Of a stretch of 64,000 bases of DNA, positions 57,395 through 64,000 are shown piece after piece. The stretch is from the NCBI GenBank assembly GCA_963727455.1, contig CAVSGG010000005.1:1-64000 (forward strand). The letters are read 5' to 3'. The notes below the pieces were generated by a model. The model saw only the letters and a list, made by a program, of their open reading frames with translations, was not told the origin of the DNA and made no database searches. Origin of the DNA: Candidatus Krumholzibacteriota bacterium (GTDB lineage Bacteria; Krumholzibacteriota; Krumholzibacteriia; JAJRXK01). Position 1 is the stretch's first letter; each line of letters opens with the position of its first letter. Both the position numbers and the translations under genes were made by a program.

Positions 57395-58813
57395 TCAACG
57401 GTAAGTGCGGAACCGCAAAATCGTGGATTCGCCGGGCTCGACCCGCACCGTCTCAAAGGTCGCAGTGCGGCCCACTTGGCCCATGCTGTCCAGACATTCG
57501 ACCACGACTCGATGATCTCCGGCGGGAACGCGGAGTTGCGCTACGTGAATCCGATCGGGCAGGGTGCTCCACGAACGGGTGTCGGCGCGCTCCGTCGCAA
57601 CCGAAGTGATGTTCGCGAGAAAGCCCGAGAGTTCCCCTTTGTCCGTTGCCGTCTTGGTTACCCTCCACTTGGCGAGCGCCCGCAGAATCGTTCGCAGTAG
57701 GCGTTTGCCGGCCCCCTCGTCGAAAGTGAGTTGAGCGATGCCTGAAACGTCTTCAGCCAGTTCCGTGGTCCGGCTTTTTCCGTCCGTGCACAAGCGGGCA
57801 TGGGTGAGTACGGGTGGTGTGGATACCATGGCCGGCAATGCGACGCGCAACCAGTAAGCCACCTTCACTTCCTTCCGTTTCACCCAAACCCTGCGCCGGC
57901 CGCGGCGCGTGAGGACCGTCGCCATCTCGGCGTCGTTTTGATCCTTGTCCGATTCCAAGATGGGGAAGAAAGCCGCGTCTTCCTCGAGGTGATTCACGAA
58001 GCCGCTCTCGTAGATGAGAACGATGCGTCCCTCGTTGGGACCGAGCGGTTTGAGCTCGTCCTCTAGTTCAGGATGCGCGTCCAGGATCTCGTTGGCTTCG
58101 TCGGTGAATCCAAAGCGGCGCGCCCAATCCAGGTAGTCGAGAATGAAGGCTTCAGGCATCGGGGTACCGAAGAGCTTCTCGTATTCCTCGTAGGCTGACT
58201 TGCCGCGGCGCGCTGCCACCAGGGTGGAATTCCCATCGCTGTCCTCGGCGAAGATCATCCCGGACAGCCACTCTGCGAAGGCGTCGTCTGTGTAGCCCTG
58301 TTTGTCCTCCCGGATCAGTGCGAGCTGATCCAGTCGAAGTCCCGCGCGTCGGCACTCCACGAGAGCATCCTGGTGGTTTCCTTCGAAGAGGTAATTCAGG
58401 GCTCCGTAGACGTGCAAGAGCACTTGCTCGTGGGGATAGCCGCTGTAGGGGAGAGTCGCGTCGTTCGTCAGGAACGCCAGGGCCTGGCCGCTGACGCTCT
58501 TGGTGAATTGGTCCTCGATCTTGGAGTCCGCGAGTTGAAAAGCCTGATTGCTCTCCTCGTAACGCTCGGCATAGTGGTAGAGCAAGCCGCGTTGCAAGAG
58601 GTTCAGAACGTCGGGATCATCTCCGCCCTTCTTCTCCGTCGCCTGCACCGCTTTGGGTAGATCATCCTGCAGTAGATCGTCACGGAGCTGATTGGAAAAG
58701 GTGCTGTAGGTGGAGCATGCACTCAGCCCGAACACGGCGCTGAGGGCGAGCACCGTGGAGATGAGCACGCGCCGCAAACGACGCGTGCCGTATCGTCCCG
58801 ACCGAGGGTTCAT
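57395..58813 (-). CDS. COG3014-like lipoprotein
   Basis: Lipobox LSAC; YEESNQAF, Y.G..HE..LL, DALVECRR, ERADTRSWSTLP; directly downstream of lpoB. Confidence 0.8.
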   Translation of the reverse strand: MNPRSGRYGTRRLRRVLISTVLALSAVFGLSACSTYSTFSNQLRDDLLQDDLPKAVQATEKKGGDDPDVLNLLQRGLLYHYAERYEESNQAFQLADSKIEDQFTKSVSGQALAFLTNDATLPYSGYPHEQVLLHVYGALNYLFEGNHQDALVECRRAGLRLDQLALIREDKQGYTDDAFAEWLSGMIFAEDSDGNSTLVAARRGKSAYEEYEKLFGTPMPEAFILDYLDWARRFGFTDEANEILDAHPELEDELKPLGPNEGRIVLIYESGFVNHLEEDAAFFPILESDKDQNDAEMATVLTRRGRRRVWVKRKEVKVAYWLRVALPAMVSTPPVLTHARLCTDGKSRTTELAEDVSGIAQLTFDEGAGKRLLRTILRALAKWRVTKTATDKGELSGFLANITSVATERADTRSWSTLPDRIHVAQLRVPAGDHRVVVECLDSMGQVGRTATFETVRVEPGESTILRFRTYR

Positions 58814-58823
58814 GTCGAATTAC

Positions 58824-59444
58824 TCAGGCCTTGTACTTGCTCTTGCCGATGTACTTCTTGATTTGCTTCTGGCCGATCCAGACTTTCTCGTTGGTCTGGA
58901 TGTCGATCAACTCGAGATTGGTCTGGTAGAAGACGACCTTGTCCTTGCCCTCTTCGTCGACGATCGAGCCGAGCGAACCGATGAGCATATAATCCGCGCC
59001 GAGCTCCATCCCCATCTGCTTCACCGTGGCGGGGTCCGACCAATCCTGCTGCGAATCCCGCTCTTCACGGACCTCGCCGCGTTCGTCACGAGATGCCACG
59101 ACGCGTACCCGGCCACTATTGATGAATGCAATTTCGAGGTTCTTGGTGAAGATGTTGGTATCGATGTGCTCGCTGCTGTTGTTGCGAACGGTTCCCACGA
59201 TGATAGTCGGACGGTCGGAGTGAGTCGCTTCGAAGCGCGCCAGCCAGGGCTGGGACAGCACCTGAGCGATCATCTCTTCGGAGACCAAACGGGAATCGGT
59301 GTCGTTCCAGTTTCCGCTGATATCCACAGTGGTGTCCGTGCCGATCCGCTGCACGGACTTACCACCGCAGGCGGTCAGAGAAGCCAAGGCGGCGGCCAGG
59401 AAAAGCGCAAGAAGCACTCCACGGGATAGTGTGACTCGAGACAT
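58824..59444 (-). CDS. lpoB: Penicillin-binding protein activator LpoB-like (CsgG/HfaB fold) lipoprotein
   Basis: Lipobox LTAC; DISGNWNDTDSRLVS, VRNNSSEHIDT, GADYML.G, EKVWIGQKQIKK; SD GGAGG. Confidence 0.82.
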   Translation of the reverse strand: MSRVTLSRGVLLALFLAAALASLTACGGKSVQRIGTDTTVDISGNWNDTDSRLVSEEMIAQVLSQPWLARFEATHSDRPTIIVGTVRNNSSEHIDTNIFTKNLEIAFINSGRVRVVASRDERGEVREERDSQQDWSDPATVKQMGMELGADYMLIGSLGSIVDEEGKDKVVFYQTNLELIDIQTNEKVWIGQKQIKKYIGKSKYKA

Positions 59445-59497
59445 GTGCAAGACCTCCATCGGGGCAGACAAACTCAGAAAATGGCGGTTGACGCATT

Positions 59498-59513
59498 TGC
59501 AAGAGTCGCGCCA
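59498..59513 (-). promoter_or_regulatory. Sigma-54 (-24/-12) promoter for lpoB operon
   Basis: Minus strand TGGCGCGACTCTTGCA versus consensus TGGCACGNNNNTTGCW: one mismatch, exact spacing, 53 nt upstream of the ATG. Confidence 0.65.
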
Positions 59514-59603
59514 GCACTCTGCCGGGAGGCTAGTGCACGTCCGCCGGGAGCACAACAAGAGGATGTGGGCGGCGACCGATTCTACGAGCGCGTGCGCCTG
59601 TCG

Positions 59604-59632
59604 TTGTCCGATACCGGGGGCTGTGGTACAAA
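59604..59632 (+). promoter_or_regulatory. Putative sigma-70 promoter for the enoyl-CoA hydratase (TTGTCC-N17-TACAAA, extended TG)
   Basis: 17-nt spacer; TGn before the -10; 42 nt upstream of ATG 59675. Confidence 0.45.
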
Positions 59633-59674
59633 CACGGGCGTGACGCGGGTCTCACAACCAGGAAGAAGGACGTC

Positions 59675-60457
59675 ATGGAGTTCCAGAATCTCTTGTACAC
59701 GGTGGAGGAGGGCATCGCCACCGTCATCATCAACCGTCCAAAGGCCCTCAATGCACTGAACCGGGAGACTCTCGCCGAGTTGGCGACGGTGATGGACGAA
59801 CTGAGCGCCGACGAGGACGTACGTGCCATCATCCTCACGGGAGCGGGAGAAAAGGCCTTCGTGGCCGGAGCGGACATCAGGGAATTGGCCGCGAATAGCG
59901 CGCTCGAGAGCAATGATCATTCGAAGTTTGGCCAGAGCCTGATGGACCTCATCGAGGACCTCGGGGTTCCCACCATCGCCGCCATCAACGGTTTCGCCCT
60001 GGGTGGCGGGCTCGAGCTGGCCATGGCCTGTACTTTCAGGATCGCCAGCACCAGTGCCAAGATGGGCCAACCCGAAGTAAACCTGGCGATCATTCCGGGC
60101 TTCGGAGGCACGCAACGGCTGCCCCGTCTGGTGGGTCAGGGTCGAGCCATGCACATGGTCCTCACCGGAGACCCCGTCGACGCTGAGACCGCGTTGCAGT
60201 ACGGGCTCGTAACCGAGGTCCACGAGCCTGAGGCGCTTCTCGACGCGGCCAAGGTCCTGGCACGAAAGCTCTCGTCGAAGAGTTCCTTCACTCTGCGTGT
60301 GGCGGAGGAAACCGTGCGTCGTGGCATGCACATGGGCCTGGCAGAAGCCCTAGCTTACGAGTCGAGCCAGTTCGGTCTGGCGGCGGCGGCCGAGGACTAT
60401 CAGGAGGGGATGAGGGCTTTCCTGGAGAAGCGAAAAGCGGAGTTTCACGGGCGCTGA
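59675..60457 (+). CDS. crt: Enoyl-CoA hydratase (crotonase)
   Basis: INRPKALNALN, AFVAGADI, GFALGGGLELA, GQPEV..IIPGFGGTQRL; both catalytic Glu present. Confidence 0.92.
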   Translation: MEFQNLLYTVEEGIATVIINRPKALNALNRETLAELATVMDELSADEDVRAIILTGAGEKAFVAGADIRELAANSALESNDHSKFGQSLMDLIEDLGVPTIAAINGFALGGGLELAMACTFRIASTSAKMGQPEVNLAIIPGFGGTQRLPRLVGQGRAMHMVLTGDPVDAETALQYGLVTEVHEPEALLDAAKVLARKLSSKSSFTLRVAEETVRRGMHMGLAEALAYESSQFGLAAAAEDYQEGMRAFLEKRKAEFHGR

Positions 60458-60602
60458 GGGTTTGCTGAATTGTGTACGGATGATCGTTCGGCGTCGCCGG
60501 GCGTTTCCGCTATATTGTCTGCCGAAATCAGGCTCGCGGGACGGCGATCTACCTCGCGCGAAGCCCATCAGAACACAACCAAAAACAGAAGAGGAATGAG
60601 CA

Positions 60603-61823
60603 GTGGAGAGCGCCTACATCGTAGCGGGAGCGCGTACGCCCATGGCGGAATGGGCCGGAGGCAAGACGGGCGAAGGAAAACTGGGAGGAGCATTCGCCAG
60701 GATCAGTGCCATCGATCTCGGCGTGCATGCCTCCAAGGCGGCTCTGAAGAAGAGCGGAATCTCGGCGGAGAGGGTCGATGAGGTGATTTTCGGCAACGCG
60801 CTCCAAACCTCTCCCGACGCCATCTACGGGGCACGCCACGTGGCGTTGAAGGCCGGTGTTCCCAAGGAGCGGCCGGCCCTCACCGTCAATCGGCTCTGTG
60901 GCTCGGGCATCGAGGCCGTAGTCCAGGCCGAGGCTCGGATTCTCCTCGGACACAGCAAGATCGTCCTGGCCGGCGGCATGGAAAACCTCTCACAAGCGCC
61001 TTTCGTGGTGCGCGGCGCGCGCCAGGGTCTGAAGCTCGGGCAGGGTGAGCTCGAAGACTACCTGATGGCCTCGCTCATGGATTCCTATTCCAAGTGTTAC
61101 ATGGCAGTTACTGCGGAAAATTTGGCTCGGGATTTCTCCATCTCGCGCGAGGCACAGGACGAGTTCGCCCTCCGTTCGTTCAACGCGGCAGAGAAGGCCA
61201 TACAGAGCGGAGTTCTCGACGAGGAAGTCGCTCCGATTGAAGTCCCACTGGGACGCGGCAAGAGCGTGAGTTTTCAGCACGACGATCATTTCTTTCCCAA
61301 CTGCACCATGGAAGGACTCAGCAAACTGCGCCCTGCATTCGCCAAGGACGGCTTCGTCACGCCGGGGAACGCGAGTGGACTGGTGGATGGCGCGGCCGCG
61401 GTACTCGTCATGAAAGAGAGCACCGTGAAGGAGAACAAGCTGGATCCTCTGGCCAGAGTCGTCACCCACGCGGTAGTGGGAGTCGAGCCCACGCGTATGG
61501 GAATCGGACCGGTACCCGCCATTTCAGCCGTACTGCAAAAGGCCGAGCTCGAATTGGCTGAGATCGACCGCTTCGAAATCAACGAAGCATTTGCGGCGCA
61601 ATATCTCGCGGTGGAGAAGGAACTCGGCTTGGATCGGGAGAAGGTGAACGTCAACGGAGGCGCCATCGCGATCGGCCATCCCCTGGCGGCTACCGGCACC
61701 CGCCTGCTCTTGACCTTGGGACTGGAGCTCAGGCGACAGAAGCTTCGTTACGGTATCGCCAGCGCTTGCATCGGCGGGGGACAGGGCATTGCGATGCTCA
61801 TCGAGAATCCGCAGGCCGCTTGA
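60603..61823 (+). CDS. Thiolase (acetyl-CoA C-acyltransferase)
   Basis: NRLCGSG, NEAFA, GHPLAATG, ACIGGGQG. Confidence 0.95.
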   Translation: MESAYIVAGARTPMAEWAGGKTGEGKLGGAFARISAIDLGVHASKAALKKSGISAERVDEVIFGNALQTSPDAIYGARHVALKAGVPKERPALTVNRLCGSGIEAVVQAEARILLGHSKIVLAGGMENLSQAPFVVRGARQGLKLGQGELEDYLMASLMDSYSKCYMAVTAENLARDFSISREAQDEFALRSFNAAEKAIQSGVLDEEVAPIEVPLGRGKSVSFQHDDHFFPNCTMEGLSKLRPAFAKDGFVTPGNASGLVDGAAAVLVMKESTVKENKLDPLARVVTHAVVGVEPTRMGIGPVPAISAVLQKAELELAEIDRFEINEAFAAQYLAVEKELGLDREKVNVNGGAIAIGHPLAATGTRLLLTLGLELRRQKLRYGIASACIGGGQGIAMLIENPQAA

Positions 61824-61882
61824 TTCGAGCTGGCGGGTAAGATGACTGAGATCATCAACGAGCAGAGGAGAGAGCTTCGATC

Positions 61883-63889
61883 ATGAGCACGCCTTTGAGT
61901 CAGCGTGAAGTGAAGAAACGTCATCCGCAGGTCAAGATCGAGGGGCGAATCCTGTACCTCACCGAGGATCCCGATTTGATTCGTCGCCAGCTCGCCGGGG
62001 AGGACCTGGAATGGGCCCCGACCATGAAGCTGCGCGACAACATTTCGACTGACGAGATCACTCCCGCCTACATCTGTTACTACCACGACGACACCCTGGG
62101 CGACTTTCCCTATTTGGGGCTCCAGGCGGGTGGGGAATTTCCCGTGAGCGAGAAGAGCGTGCGCCGCGGGGGCTTCGCCGTTTCGGTGAGCGGCAAACGA
62201 CGCGGCAAGGGGAGCAGTCGCGAGCAATCTCCTTACGCGGAGATGATGGCGGGAATCCAGCTCGTCGTCGCGGAGAACATCGAACGGATCTATCACCAGA
62301 ATTGTCTGAACTTGGGGATGCTCGCCACCACGGACTTTTCGGTCCTCGGGCGCGTCAAGGCCGGGGAGACGATTCCCCTGAAGGTGTTTACCGAGGGCAA
62401 GGACGAGGTCACGAGGCAGATCATCGAGTACGGCGGACTCTTTAACTTCAATCTCGCGCGTCTTCAGGGCAAGGTCGTCATCCCCGCCATCGAGACTACG
62501 ACGCGCCCCATGACCGTGGCTGAGAAGATCTTCGCCAAACACATGGTCACCGATTTGGCGAAGGACGAGGTGGGAGTGAAAGCAGTCGCTCCCGGCGACA
62601 GTGGCTTTGTGCGCTGTGACCTACGCTTCTCACACGAGTACGTCACGCCGATGGCAGCGATTTTCTACGAGAGTCTGGTGGGAAAGGAGGTGCCGCTGCG
62701 CGACCGCGAGAGCGTGGTGTTCTTCCGCGACCATCTCACCTTCCTGGAGATGGCGATGACGCAGGAGCGCATCGACGCCGGTCTCCTAACGGTGGCTCAG
62801 AGCTTGGCGACTAAGCAGGCGCAGTTTGCCGAGGATCAGGGCATCACGCTACACGGGGAAACATCCGCCGGCGGGAGCGAGGCCATCTGTCACTCGAAAG
62901 TCACGCAGAGCTATGCCTTGCCGGGCCAGCTCATCATCGGTACCGATAGTCACACACCGCACAGCGGCGCTCTGGGCTGCGTGGCATTCGGCGTGGGCAC
63001 CACTGCCATCTTCAATTCCTGGATCACCAAGGACACCATGGCGCGGGTGCCCGAGAGCGTCAAAATCGAGATCACGGGTAAGCGACGGCCAGGGGTCACC
63101 GCGAAGGACTTCATGTTGGAGATTCTACGCCACCCTTACGTGCGAGATGGGCAAGCGATCGGCAAGATCGTGGAGTACTGCGGAGCGGCCGTGGAGGAAC
63201 TCAGCGTCGACGAGCGAGCGACTATGACCAATATGGCCGCCGAGGTGGGTGCGTTGACGGGGATCGTGGCTCCGGACGAGAAGACGGTGGAGTTCCTCAT
63301 GGATTGGCGCGGGATGCAACTCGAGGAAGCACGGGCACTCGTCGAGGGCCTCCAGAGCGATCCCGGAGCGCAGTACGCCGAGACCATCCGCTTCGACGCC
63401 GCCAGCATCGAACCCTTGGTCGCGCTCCCCGGTGACCCCGGCAATGGCGTCGCCATCTCGGAGCTGCCGAAAGCAGTGAAGATCGATATCGCGTATGCCG
63501 GTTCCTGCACTGCGGGAAAGAAAGAAGACATGGACATGTACGCGGAAGTGCTGAAGAGCGCACTCTCCGCCGGCCGTCACGTCCACCCCGATGTCACCTT
63601 TTGGATCCAGTTCGGGAGCCAGGAGGTGAAGGAGTACTGCCGCGAGCGTGGCTATCTCGAACTCTTCGAGAAGGTTGGGGCGCGCGTGATCGAGCCTTCG
63701 TGCGGCGCGTGTATCAATGCGGGTCCTGGAGTCAGTGACAATCGGGATCAAGTGACCGTTTCGGCGATCAACCGAAACTTTCCCGGCCGTAGCGGACCGG
63801 GACAGATGTACCTGGCCAGCCCGTATACCGTGGCGGCAAGCGCGCTGGCCGGGCAGATCGAGGCCTACGAGCCCACGATGGTGGCCTAG
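61883..63889 (+). CDS. Aconitase-family dehydratase: fused LeuD-like swivel (N-terminal) and LeuC-like [4Fe-4S] domains
   Basis: [29 protein letters not shown], then [35 protein letters not shown]. Confidence 0.9.
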   Translation: MSTPLSQREVKKRHPQVKIEGRILYLTEDPDLIRRQLAGEDLEWAPTMKLRDNISTDEITPAYICYYHDDTLGDFPYLGLQAGGEFPVSEKSVRRGGFAVSVSGKRRGKGSSREQSPYAEMMAGIQLVVAENIERIYHQNCLNLGMLATTDFSVLGRVKAGETIPLKVFTEGKDEVTRQIIEYGGLFNFNLARLQGKVVIPAIETTTRPMTVAEKIFAKHMVTDLAKDEVGVKAVAPGDSGFVRCDLRFSHEYVTPMAAIFYESLVGKEVPLRDRESVVFFRDHLTFLEMAMTQERIDAGLLTVAQSLATKQAQFAEDQGITLHGETSAGGSEAICHSKVTQSYALPGQLIIGTDSHTPHSGALGCVAFGVGTTAIFNSWITKDTMARVPESVKIEITGKRRPGVTAKDFMLEILRHPYVRDGQAIGKIVEYCGAAVEELSVDERATMTNMAAEVGALTGIVAPDEKTVEFLMDWRGMQLEEARALVEGLQSDPGAQYAETIRFDAASIEPLVALPGDPGNGVAISELPKAVKIDIAYAGSCTAGKKEDMDMYAEVLKSALSAGRHVHPDVTFWIQFGSQEVKEYCRERGYLELFEKVGARVIEPSCGACINAGPGVSDNRDQVTVSAINRNFPGRSGPGQMYLASPYTVAASALAGQIEAYEPTMVA

Positions 63890-63999
63890 CCCTCGTCTTC
63901 GTCCAGATCGGCACGAACCGTGAGGACCGGACAAGTGGCTTTGCGGACGACTCTCTCTGTGACGCTGCCGAGCAAGAAGTGGCTCAGACCGGAATGCCC
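63886..63999 (-). CDS. Universal stress protein, C-terminal fragment (runs off window)
   Basis: My translation of the minus strand: [37 protein letters not shown]; not in the ORF track. Confidence 0.88.
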   Translation of the reverse strand, partial: GHSGLSHFLLGSVTERVVRKATCPVLTVRADLDEDEG

Positions 64000-64000
64000 A

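Noticed and set aside
59482-59500. Plus-strand TGGC...TTGC as a second sigma-54 site
   Set aside because: GG-to-GC distance is 16 nt rather than the required 12
1-64000. CRISPR arrays, tRNA/rRNA, IS/integrase, prophage or defence genes
   Set aside because: No spaced repeats, RNA-gene signatures or mobile/defence protein motifs seen; coding density leaves little unexplained space

Overview
GC-rich, gene-dense chromosomal segment from a diderm bacterium. The FlgD-type and 'SFGRIKA'-type C-terminal tails suggest an FCB-related candidate phylum (Eisenbacteria/Krumholzibacteria/Latescibacteria-like); this is inference only. About 48 CDS; I found no tRNA, rRNA, CRISPR, IS or prophage. Left to right: a Ser/Thr kinase with a PD40 propeller; uppS-cdsA-dxr-rseP; a TamA-like Omp85, a tamB-like gene split by a 1-nt frameshift, and a gluzincin/propeller/Omp85 fusion; pcrA; a block of exported proteins (M1 peptidase, TPR lipoprotein, DUF5683-like, lamin-tail protein); a degenerate MeaB; an acyl-CoA operon (3 ACADs, thiolase, hbd) plus ispH; a GldAFG-like ABC system plus DUF4340; ygfZ/iscS/iscA; pepA; oppABC; xseAB-OPT; pccB/BC/BCCP/mce; a Tat-type GH-like/CBM48 protein; thiolase; lpoB-COG3014; crt, thiolase and a fused LeuD-LeuC aconitase-family gene; a partial USP. 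Best leads: the three-gene Omp85/TamB locus next to proteins with two kinds of C-terminal tail (candidate export/maturation system), a PcrA ending in an SSB-tail mimic (EDGDLPF), a probable pseudo-GTPase MeaB, a near-consensus sigma-54 promoter for lpoB, and several probable leaderless genes. All calls are by-eye motif recognition; no searches were run.
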